Origin: Promethearchaeota archaeon
GTDB taxonomy: Archaea; Asgardarchaeota; Lokiarchaeia; Sigyniarchaeales; SOKP01
Length of the DNA: 64,000 bases
Direction: 5' to 3'
NCBI GenBank assembly: GCA_048940445.1
Contig: JBHLON010000016.1
Location: 4,322 to 68,321, forward strand
This document shows, in pieces, positions 47,791 through 56,528 of this stretch. The position numbers and the translations under genes are program-made. Numbering within the stretch: the first letter of the stretch is position 1; every line of letters starts with the position of its first letter. The notes beneath the pieces are model-generated. The model did not search any database, had not been told where the DNA came from, and was given only the letters and a program-made list of their open reading frames with translations.

Positions 47791-48489
47791 ATGATAATAA
47801 CCCAATTAAAAGATATTGATGAATTATATGAATATATAAAGCCATATTCATCCATTTTAGTAGCTGGTTGTGATGGATGTTGTCAACCTCCCCGATCTTT
47901 AAATGAGGCAAAATTATTAGGTCAACTTCTTGAATTAAAGGCTAGAACTGAAGGTAAAAATCTTAAATGGAAAGCTATTACAGTCTTAAGACAATGTGAT
48001 GATAGAATTGTGGCAACGACTATACGACCTGTTTTAGAAGATTACGAAGCAATTATTACCCTAGCATGTGGTTTAGGCGTTGTAATGATGAATAAAGTAC
48101 TTCCGCAGAAACTAACATTTCCTGCTCAAAATAGCATGTTTGGAGGAGCTCAAAATAATGGTGAAAACAATTTTATCGAATTATGTGAAACTTGTGGTGA
48201 CTGTATCGTTGGAGAAACTGGAGGAGTATGTCCACGAGCGGGTTGTGCTAAACATTTAAGTAATGGACCATGTGGAGGTATGGTTGATGGGATGTGTGAA
48301 GTTAAAGGGTACACTGTTCCATGTGCATGGGTTGAAATATGGAAACGTTTGAAAGAATTCAATAGACTAGATTTATTTAAAAAATATAGAGGACCAAGAG
48401 ATTATAGAACTTCAACAAGCCCAGGATATATGGAAATCTATAAAGAATATGTTTCTGAAGAAGAACAAAGTAAAGAGGTGAAAAATTAA
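47791..48489 (+). CDS. metV: MetV-like Cys-rich small subunit of methylenetetrahydrofolate reductase (copy 1)
   Basis: 'CETCGDCIVGETGGVCPRAGCAKHLSNGPCGGMVDGMCEV' is the MTHFR_C-type zinc-ribbon signature. Immediately followed by metF. Confidence 0.75.
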   Translation: MIITQLKDIDELYEYIKPYSSILVAGCDGCCQPPRSLNEAKLLGQLLELKARTEGKNLKWKAITVLRQCDDRIVATTIRPVLEDYEAIITLACGLGVVMMNKVLPQKLTFPAQNSMFGGAQNNGENNFIELCETCGDCIVGETGGVCPRAGCAKHLSNGPCGGMVDGMCEVKGYTVPCAWVEIWKRLKEFNRLDLFKKYRGPRDYRTSTSPGYMEIYKEYVSEEEQSKEVKN

Positions 48490-49428
48490 ATGGGAAAAAG
48501 GCCAGCCTTCAGTAATCTTTGCAAGACAATTGAATCCGGAAAATTTGTTATAACGGGAGAACTGGAACCTAAGAAGATTTTAGATTTAAGTGAAATTCTT
48601 CATGGTGCTGAAGAAATGAAAAAGACTGGAAAAATTGTGGCTGCAAATGTCACTGATGGTCCACAAGGGGATGCATATATGTCTTCATTAGTTCCAAGTT
48701 ATTTAATCCAAGAAAAAGTAGGTATTGAGGCAGTATGGCAGGTAACAGTACGAGATCGTAACCGTGTAGCACTATTTGGAGATGTAATTGCTGGAGCAGT
48801 ATTAGGTTTGAAAAATATACTAACCCTTACAGGAGATCATACCGCACTCGGAGATCATAAAAAAGGAAGACCGGTATACGATATTGATAGCACACAATTC
48901 TGTGAAATGCTTTCTATTATGATTGACAATGGAACAGATTATGAAGGAAACGAATTAAAGGGTGGCAAGATTGAAATGAACTATGGATGTGTCGCAAATC
49001 CAAATAGTAACCCTAGAGAACCAGAGATACTAAAAGTTGGTCGGAAAGTTGAACAAGGAGTTGATTTCATTCAGACACAAACTGCATTTGATATTGATGA
49101 TGCTAAAGATTTCCTAAAAGATCTTGAACAATTTAACGTTCCGGTTCTATTAGGTATTTTTCCACTCAAATCTTTTGGTATTGCTGATTATTTCGATAAA
49201 TTTATTCCTGGAGTAAGTGTTCCAAAAGACCTTCTCAAATCTTTAAAAAAGGCAGAAAAAGATAATAAGGGAGATAAAAAAGCTAAATATGCCGCTATTG
49301 ATAAGATCAATATAGAATTTTTTGAACCATTTATTAATGAAATCAAAAAAACCACGAAAGCCGCGGGTATTCATTGTATGGCTGTAGAATATGAGAGATT
49401 ATTTGATCCATTATTGAAAGATTTCTAA
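48490..49428 (+). CDS. metF: MetF-like methylene-tetrahydrofolate (or -pterin) reductase (copy 1)
   Basis: TIM-barrel MTHFR-like motifs 'AANVTDGP', 'TVRDRN', 'NILTLTGDH', 'DFIQTQ' and 'LLGIFPL'. 312 aa. Confidence 0.8.
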   Translation: MGKRPAFSNLCKTIESGKFVITGELEPKKILDLSEILHGAEEMKKTGKIVAANVTDGPQGDAYMSSLVPSYLIQEKVGIEAVWQVTVRDRNRVALFGDVIAGAVLGLKNILTLTGDHTALGDHKKGRPVYDIDSTQFCEMLSIMIDNGTDYEGNELKGGKIEMNYGCVANPNSNPREPEILKVGRKVEQGVDFIQTQTAFDIDDAKDFLKDLEQFNVPVLLGIFPLKSFGIADYFDKFIPGVSVPKDLLKSLKKAEKDNKGDKKAKYAAIDKINIEFFEPFINEIKKTTKAAGIHCMAVEYERLFDPLLKDF

Positions 49429-49479
49429 ATAATTTAATTATATTAATTACATTTTTTTAAAAATGGAAGAAGGGAAATT

Positions 49480-49938
49480 ATGAAAAATTTGGATGAGAAA
49501 GATAAAAAAATATTAGAAATGTTGATAGAGGATTCACGTAGACCTTATCATGAGATAGGGAAAGAAGTTGATCTCTCTGAATCTACTGTTAGGAAACGTG
49601 TAATTAGATTACAGGAAGATGGAGTAATCGAAAAATTCACAATTAAAGTATGTCGTGAGGAAGAAAGATGTATTTACGCTTTTGTAACCTTATTACCTAA
49701 AAATCAATCAGAAATCAAAGAGTTAATTAGAGAGACTCAGATTTTGCCTCAATGCGAAGAAGTGTATTTCTTAGCAGGAGAGTGTGGGATCTTACTGAAA
49801 GTCAACGTTCCTGAGATTACAGAACTCGATGCGTTAATAGAAAATTTTCGAGGTAGAAGTGATATTAAAAGTGTAGAGAGGGTGTGTGTTGTACTTAAAC
49901 CTATTAAAACTTTGACTCAGAATGGTATTTCACCTTAA
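49480..49938 (+). CDS. Lrp/AsnC-family transcriptional regulator
   Basis: 'LDEKDKKILEMLIEDSRRPYHEIGKEVDLSESTVRKRVIRLQEDGVI'. Lies 51 nt downstream of metF on the same strand. Confidence 0.8.
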   Translation: MKNLDEKDKKILEMLIEDSRRPYHEIGKEVDLSESTVRKRVIRLQEDGVIEKFTIKVCREEERCIYAFVTLLPKNQSEIKELIRETQILPQCEEVYFLAGECGILLKVNVPEITELDALIENFRGRSDIKSVERVCVVLKPIKTLTQNGISP

Positions 49939-50007
49939 TATGCATATTAACCAAATCGAACTTAATATATTAAAAGTAAATGACGATGCATAGTTAATTT
50001 TTGGAGT

Positions 50008-50901
50008 TTAAGAATTATTTTTAAGAAAATTTATGATAATTTCAGCTAACTCGGTTCCTTTATCTTCTTGAATGAAATGACTCGCATTTTGTATTGTGAT
50101 ATGATTTTGATCATGGGCACCTGGAATTATTTTTTGCCAGAATTTATCCCCATCTTTAGTAATTGGGTCACTATCAGAAAATACAGTTAAAAATGGTTTT
50201 TTCCATTTCCGAAACTGTTCTATTGCTTTTTTATTTAAGACATGTTCTGGGTCCTCAGTACTAATTGGAACTAAAGATGGCATGATACGAGGACCAACCT
50301 TATAAGACTCGTCAGGAAATGGAGCATCATATGCTTTCAGCGTTTCCACTGACAATTCAGAAGTGGTCCCTGATTATATGATGGCTTTTATATCGAGTTT
50401 TGGAGATGTTCTTGAAAACTCTCGCCATTGCATAAAAGCCTTATTCATTTTCTGCTCTCCTGTGGGTAATCCTCCATTTGATAAAATTATTCGACTGAAC
50501 CGTTCTTTATTTTCAATAGCAACTCTTAAACCAATTAAAGAACCCCAATCTTGACAAAATAATGTGATATGTTTCAAATTGAGTGATTTAACCCATTTTG
50601 TTATCCATTTAACATGCGTACGGTAAGTATGATCACTTAATGCGCTAGGTTTATCAGATCTTCCAAAACCTACTAAATCTGGTGCGAGAGTTCGGTATCC
50701 TGCTTCCACAATAATTGAAACCATATGTCTATACAAATAACTCCATGTAGGTTCACCATGCATTAATAAGACACAATCTTTACTTTTTGGCCCCTCATTA
50801 ATATAGTGGATTCTTATTCCATCAATTACTATATAACGAGGTTCAAAGGGAAAATCAGGCAGATTTTGAAATCTTTCTTCTGGAGTCCGTAATAATTTCA
50901 T
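50008..50901 (-). pseudogene. Haloalkane dehalogenase (DhlA-like, HLD-I type) interrupted by a single in-frame TAA
   Basis: Track ORFs 50374..50901 and 50008..50355 are in the same frame (start offsets differ by 546 nt). Read through, the junction is ...KLDIKAII*SGTTSELSVETLKAYDAPFPD... with the TAA at 50374-50376. Motifs 'HGEPTWSYLYR', 'APDLVGFGRSDKP', 'CQDWGS' (nucleophile Asp), 'AYDAPFPD' and 'ASHFIQED' are all present. Confidence 0.8.
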
Positions 50902-50933
50902 TTATTTGTCAATCTTTTTGGAGTTTATTATAA

Positions 50934-51968
50934 TTATAATATATTATTAACGTAATAAAATATTCTTCCTTCTTCTTCTTTAATTTTCACTTTTTGCTCG
51001 CGCTCTAAATACTTTAAATGCCCTAAGACTTCACTTAATGCCATATATGAATTAATCTCATCAAGATCATCACCGAAATGCATTTTAGATATTTCTAATG
51101 GTGTCATAGGATTATCTTTAATTAAGGTAGAAATCTCTCTCAATCTATTGTTATGATGTTCCTTGATTGCTAAAATTCGTTCGTGAGGATTATAAATAAT
51201 TTCTTGATGACCTGGAAATATTATTTTTGGTTTTAGTTCGTCAATTTTATCTAAAGACTTCAAATAATGATCTAAAATATTGTCAAAATCATAGGCTTTA
51301 TATTTTTCAGATAGACTAGAGGGTATAATAAAATTGCCTATATGAGGAGTTATTCTAGAAAGAATATGATCTCCAGAAAAAAGATATTTTCTTTTAGTGT
51401 CAAAAATACATATATGCCCAAAACTATGCCCTGGAGTCCAAATAATTTTTAAATTGTTTAAGATTGTATCACCATCTTGGACAATTTTATCAGGTCTCTG
51501 ATATCGCAAATATTGCGGCCAAAAAGTAAAAAATTGAACTATTCTTTTCCTATTTTTGTCAGTAATTCCATATTTCATCATTAATTTAGCAAGTTCATTT
51601 GCCTTTTGAGTCATTTCTTCTAATTTAGCATCATTTGTTTCCCATTCTAGAATCTGATAGGTAATATCACTCATCACTAGTTTCAGTTTTTCATTCTTCC
51701 GCTTTAAAGTTTTTGCTAATCCGATATGATCAACATGAATATGAGTAATAATACAGTAATCAATATCTTGAGTAGAAAATCCTGCTTTTCTTAAAACTGA
51801 AAAAAATTTTTTGTTCCAATTACCCATATTAAGTCCAGCATCTATAAGAACTAATTTATCCTCAATCTCAAAAAGATAAAGACAAACATATTTAACCGCA
51901 AACGGAACTTCGATCCTTATCTGAAAAACATCTTCAATTTTAGTGATCTCTGATTTAAAATCATACAA
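50934..51968 (-). CDS. MBL-fold metallo-hydrolase with C-terminal helical/wHTH-like domain
   Basis: 'ITHIHVDHIG' (HxHxDH), 'TPGHSFGH' and 'SGDHI'. 344 aa. Confidence 0.8.
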   Translation of the reverse strand: MYDFKSEITKIEDVFQIRIEVPFAVKYVCLYLFEIEDKLVLIDAGLNMGNWNKKFFSVLRKAGFSTQDIDYCIITHIHVDHIGLAKTLKRKNEKLKLVMSDITYQILEWETNDAKLEEMTQKANELAKLMMKYGITDKNRKRIVQFFTFWPQYLRYQRPDKIVQDGDTILNNLKIIWTPGHSFGHICIFDTKRKYLFSGDHILSRITPHIGNFIIPSSLSEKYKAYDFDNILDHYLKSLDKIDELKPKIIFPGHQEIIYNPHERILAIKEHHNNRLREISTLIKDNPMTPLEISKMHFGDDLDEINSYMALSEVLGHLKYLEREQKVKIKEEEGRIFYYVNNIL

Positions 51969-52073
51969 GTTACGGGCCTTAATATAATCTATTATTCTTT
52001 AATAAGTAAAACATTCAAAATTTTAGTATTTTCCGAATTCTGGAATTATAAAAAGATATAAAAAAAATATAAT

Positions 52074-52769
52074 TTAGGTCTTTAAACCATAATACATAAA
52101 CCAAAAACTGCTTAAATATCCAATTCTCACAAATATTACTGCATAACCGAGTTCGCTTAACCCTTCTAACAACCCAAAAACACAGAAGAATATAGACCCC
52201 AAGGACAATAGTAGAAACTTTTTTCTTAATATACCTGTTGATTGAATGCTTTTGACTAAGAATCCAATTCCAAGTAGAATTATTACGCTAAGAAGAAAAA
52301 TAGCCATTAAAATACCTGCTATAGAGAAAACTTTAACATTATAATCAATTAACAATTCTGCTCTAGGTACAAAATTAAAAGCACTAAATGGATAAATAAA
52401 GATCAGAATCTCAAAGATAATACTTAAAATTACGAATAAAATTACTATATACCATTTAAATTTGGGTATTTGAAGTTCTGCACCAATATATATTGATGTG
52501 ATAATCGCAGGTGCAAGCCAAATATAACTTAAAATCCCAACAATACCATCACTGTTATCTATGTTTGTCTTGATTATTAACATATATAAAAAATCTAAAA
52601 ACACTCCTAAATACATTAATCCCGCAAATAAATTTGCTAAACCTAAATAATTCAAGATCTTAGCATTAGTCTTTCTTGCTTTATATATGAAAAATAAACC
52701 AAAAACTACGCCAAAAATAACCACTCCGGAGGCTGTAATTCCATCAATCCATCCAAATGGATTAAGCAT
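52074..52769 (-). CDS. Polytopic (about 7-TM) membrane protein of unknown function
   Basis: About seven hydrophobic stretches of 20-25 aa across 231 aa. No family motif recognised. Confidence 0.6.
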   Translation of the reverse strand: MLNPFGWIDGITASGVVIFGVVFGLFFIYKARKTNAKILNYLGLANLFAGLMYLGVFLDFLYMLIIKTNIDNSDGIVGILSYIWLAPAIITSIYIGAELQIPKFKWYIVILFVILSIIFEILIFIYPFSAFNFVPRAELLIDYNVKVFSIAGILMAIFLLSVIILLGIGFLVKSIQSTGILRKKFLLLSLGSIFFCVFGLLEGLSELGYAVIFVRIGYLSSFWFMYYGLKT

Positions 52770-52947
52770 TTTACATTCACCACTAGTTTTAATAATTAAA
52801 TTGATAATTTTATCCTAAATTATCAATTTAATTCTTAATAATATTAATACAAACTCAGTTTATAAATAACTATGGTAAAAGAAGAATAATAAATTCAATC
52901 AAATTTGGCTCTGTTTTGAAAATCCATAATACCTAAAAAATTTCAGT

Positions 52948-53238
52948 TTATCTCTCTTGCCCCTGATTTTTATCTTTTTCAAAGAAGAGTGATTTTTTTA
53001 TATCAAATTCAAGGTCTCTTAATTTTCTTTTTATTTCTGTTGGATTGTAATCTTTTTTCAGCATATCAATTATAGTCTCTTTTAGATTTTCCAAGTTATC
53101 TATTGCACACTGATAAAAAATATTATTTTCATCCATACTCATATTTAGAATCTCATATAATCCCGTAAGAGCATCTCTTATTTTTTCATAATATTCCCAT
53201 GCCTTCTCTAATTCGGTTTCTTTTTTATTGTCAGACAT
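52948..53238 (-). CDS. Small helical hypothetical protein
   Basis: 96-aa ORF with charged, helical character and no motif. Confidence 0.4.
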   Translation of the reverse strand: MSDNKKETELEKAWEYYEKIRDALTGLYEILNMSMDENNIFYQCAIDNLENLKETIIDMLKKDYNPTEIKRKLRDLEFDIKKSLFFEKDKNQGQER

Positions 53239-53366
53239 CGTCGCTAGATCAATGTATAGTTAATTTAAAAAATGATTTGTAACTTATAACATTTCCTTAA
53301 AAGAATTAAGGGATAAGGATATGATATATCTTAAATAAAATAAGGAAATATATAAAAATAAATTAG

Positions 53367-53699
53367 TTATAAAAGTGCTTTAATTTCTTTTACTAAATCT
53401 TTAACTCCTGCTTCTGAAAGTATTTTGAAAACATCCTCAGCATTTACTCTTAGAGCTCCATCTAGAAGTTTTTCAAAACCAATTCTCGTGTTTAATCTTT
53501 CTGTTTTTTGTAAGTGAAAGATAACTCTGCCCAACTCGTTTTTTAAAATACCACCTTGAGCATTTAAACAAACTTCTAGAAGTTCAGGAGCTATATCTTC
53601 AATAACTGCCAAATCAATATGACTCGCTAATTCATAAACTTTTTCAATTTGAGCTTCATTTAAAGTTAAGATCTCTACTTTTGATTTCATTATTTCCAT
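53367..53699 (-). CDS. Small hypothetical protein
   Basis: 110-aa ORF. Its composition is less biased than spurious AT-rich ORFs. No motif recognised. Confidence 0.45.
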   Translation of the reverse strand: MEIMKSKVEILTLNEAQIEKVYELASHIDLAVIEDIAPELLEVCLNAQGGILKNELGRVIFHLQKTERLNTRIGFEKLLDGALRVNAEDVFKILSEAGVKDLVKEIKALL

Positions 53700-54208
53700 T
53701 TTTTTTCATCTTTTCTTTAATTATTTTTTGATTATTTTTTACTACTGACTAAAGTAAGAATAGTTTAATATTTAAATGTATTGGGGCTTTTTCCATTGCC
53801 TTTTTTACGTAATCGGGCGAATATCTAAAAGAATTACTCTTTCCGAACCCAATTTGACAGAATCCAGAATGCTTCAATTGGGGGTGAAAATAACGCATTT
53901 TTAATAATTTTATCTTAATATATAACATTTTTATTGCTAAAAAAGGAATTTTTTTGACAAAAAATTGCATTTTTCTAGTAAATGGGAAAGAAATGGGCTT
54001 TCATTATTCAAAAAAAGTTATGAAAAAATGATCATAACCTAACAATTATGATTTATTTCTTATTGAAAAACCAAAATTTTTTTAAATTGATATATGGATT
54101 TAGATCAAATTGCTCTCTTTTGATAAAATTCTCCTTTCACATATTTAGGAATGATAAAAAAGTTTGTGATAATTGTCGGATTTAATAAATAAAAAGAAAT
54201 AAAAAAAA

Positions 54209-55429
54209 TTATATTGGAATTTTTTCCAATAAAATGTCTGGAGTTCCAATTCCAAAGTATCCTTTTTTCCAAAATGATGTGGTGAACGAAGCAAGAGTTG
54301 CTATACTTAGAGGGTCGTATGGATTAGGATAGCGGCATATGCTAGCATCCGATCCATCATAATACAGTTCAACTGTTATTCCATCTTGAATCCGAAAGTT
54401 TCGTTTTTGAGTCAGTTTGGCTTTGATTAATTGTTCCGCTTTTTGTTGTCGAGCAAGACTATAAAATGGATCGATTAAAAAGAGTTTGAGTTGTTCTGTG
54501 GTATATAAATTTGTTTTTACTGCGAAATTATTTTTATTAACTTTGTTAATGACTGCAATGCCTGGTACAGATTCAACTGTTAAAATTGTCCCTTTTTTAT
54601 CAGAGATGATATAATTCCAAGAAGCACAAAAACTAGAAATCATAATTGAGAGAAATTTCCCAGCATTTTTGCAATTTTCAAAAGCAAATCTGCATTTAAT
54701 AGAAGTTGGAATGCCAAAATCACCACTCTTCCAAGTTTGGACTAAATTGAGGGTACAAGAAACTTTACGACTTTTTCCTATCGCTAAGGTGCTTGCTCCC
54801 ATTCTAAGGGCAAATACTTCCTCTTTACCGATAATTTTATGATGCACCCAAACTAAAGTTGGTTTAAATATCAATCCAAAATCCATTGTTTGACCGAGAA
54901 CAAAATGCGAATTCCTGTTTTTCACTGCAAAAGCAGTACAGGCTCCAATGTTACCACCTGAAATCTGCATAGGTATCAAGATTCCATAATATAAATCTAG
55001 AAAGACAACTTGCAGTAAAATCTCTTCATAAGTAAGACCAGTTGCATCTGCAATTCCATACATCTCTTCCTTATATGATTTTGGAATTTGGTAATTATTG
55101 GCAAGATATAGAATATTTTGTAGATCTAAATTTAGAGTATAAATAAAGTAATCAATGATGTTATCGAAAGCATTTATCTGTGATATTAAGTATTTCCCAG
55201 TTAAAAATCCTAAATCATAATAACTCTCCGCAATAATATAGAGATAATTTTGGTGTTCACCTCGCCATTCAGCATAATTTTTATTTTCTCGATTGCAACT
55301 TGAATTAAGCAGTACACTTCTCTCTCCTGAATTTAACTCATTTGAAGTTAAAGTTGAAACTAAAGTAAATAACCCCCCCATAAAGAAAAAAGAGATAAAC
55401 AGCAAACCTAATACTTTTATATTCTTCAT
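54209..55429 (-). CDS. Membrane-anchored Ntn-hydrolase, peptidase C45 / acyl-CoA:6-APA acyltransferase-like
   Basis: N-terminal anchor 'VLGLLFISFFFMGGLFTLV'. 'GGNIGACTAFAVKN' looks like the Gly-Cys autoprocessing/nucleophile site of C45/choloylglycine-type Ntn hydrolases. Also 'GQTMDF'. Confidence 0.6.
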   Translation of the reverse strand: MKNIKVLGLLFISFFFMGGLFTLVSTLTSNELNSGERSVLLNSSCNRENKNYAEWRGEHQNYLYIIAESYYDLGFLTGKYLISQINAFDNIIDYFIYTLNLDLQNILYLANNYQIPKSYKEEMYGIADATGLTYEEILLQVVFLDLYYGILIPMQISGGNIGACTAFAVKNRNSHFVLGQTMDFGLIFKPTLVWVHHKIIGKEEVFALRMGASTLAIGKSRKVSCTLNLVQTWKSGDFGIPTSIKCRFAFENCKNAGKFLSIMISSFCASWNYIISDKKGTILTVESVPGIAVINKVNKNNFAVKTNLYTTEQLKLFLIDPFYSLARQQKAEQLIKAKLTQKRNFRIQDGITVELYYDGSDASICRYPNPYDPLSIATLASFTTSFWKKGYFGIGTPDILLEKIPI

Positions 55430-55841
55430 AAAATATAATTCACTCCTAATTTTGCTATTATTGATAACAATTTATTTGTTAACGTTATGTGATATTTATC
55501 TTAAACTATAAAAAATACAAGAAATAGCTGTTTTTGACTAGAGTATTTATTCATTTCTGCGTTCTTACTTTTATGTCATTTAATTATTTTTTTTAATTTA
55601 AAAATGATATCTAGGCGATTGAATTTGATGATCCTATGATCCATTGTTATCACTAATGTTTTCATATTTATACAAAAATGCTGTAAATAATCTAAAAATA
55701 AAAAAATTTGTCATAATGACTACTATTTTTATCTTTTCAAATTTTTATTTTTAAATAAAGAAGTTCAAAAAATAATAATTAACCTTTAATAAATTTATTA
55801 ATTTCAATAATTAATCAAAATTAAATTAAGAGCATAACAAA

Positions 55842-56513
55842 ATGGTCGTAATTACTACTAAAAAACCAGATGAAGAAGTTTTTGAAGCAATAGAAAATTA
55901 TAATGTAAAGAAATTAACAATTGTATCTTGTGGAACTTGCGCTGCTTTATGTCAGACAGGAGGAACTGAGGGAGCAGAAGAGTGGAGAAAAAAGTTACAA
56001 GATAAGGGCTATGAAGTAGAAGCTGCAATTGTATCAGAAGATGTATGTGATAATAGAGTAATGAAAAAAGATTTGCGGAAAATTGATGATGAAATAAAAG
56101 CATCTGATGCTATTTTGACATTAAGTTGTGGACTTGGTGTTCAATCAATTGTAGAGGTACTTCAGAAAAAGTATCCAGAAAAACCAGTTCTCATTTCTAA
56201 TAATACTAAATTTATTGGAATGACAGAAAGAATCGGTCGATTCTATATGCGATGCAGGGCCTGTGGTGATTGCTATTTGAATTATTCTGGGGGGATTTGT
56301 CCAATTGCAACATGTGCTAAGGGTTTAATGAATGGTCCGTGTGGAGGAATGGTTGACGGAAAGTGCGAAGTGGGTAATTATGAAAGAGATTGTGGGTGGA
56401 TTTTGATCTTTAATCGATTAAAAGCAATAGGCAGATTGGACCTATTTAGTGAATTGCGAGATGCTCGAGATTGGTCTGAATCTGGTCATCAACAAGAAGT
56501 CATATTTAGATAG
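55842..56513 (+). CDS. metV: MetV-like Cys-rich small subunit (copy 2)
   Basis: 'CRACGDCYLNYSGGICPIATCAKGLMNGPCGGMVDGKCEV' is collinear with copy 1 at 47791. The N-terminal 'SCGTCAALC' and 'LSCGLGVQ' parallel 'GCDGCCQ' and 'LACGLGVV' in copy 1. Confidence 0.75.
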   Translation: MVVITTKKPDEEVFEAIENYNVKKLTIVSCGTCAALCQTGGTEGAEEWRKKLQDKGYEVEAAIVSEDVCDNRVMKKDLRKIDDEIKASDAILTLSCGLGVQSIVEVLQKKYPEKPVLISNNTKFIGMTERIGRFYMRCRACGDCYLNYSGGICPIATCAKGLMNGPCGGMVDGKCEVGNYERDCGWILIFNRLKAIGRLDLFSELRDARDWSESGHQQEVIFR

Positions 56514-56528
56514 GGGTGAAACAATAGT

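Noticed and set aside
50374-50376. In-frame stop in the dehalogenase as possible recoding (selenocysteine or pyrrolysine).
   Set aside because: The codon is TAA. Sec uses TGA and Pyl uses TAG, and dehalogenases have no known recoded residue in the cap region. Pseudogenisation or a sequencing error is more parsimonious.
53749-53970. 73-aa minus-strand ORF 'MQFFVKKIPFLAIKMLYIKIKLL...'.
   Set aside because: Its composition looks like translated AT-rich non-coding DNA, with no motif. I kept the region only as a low-interest non-coding observation.
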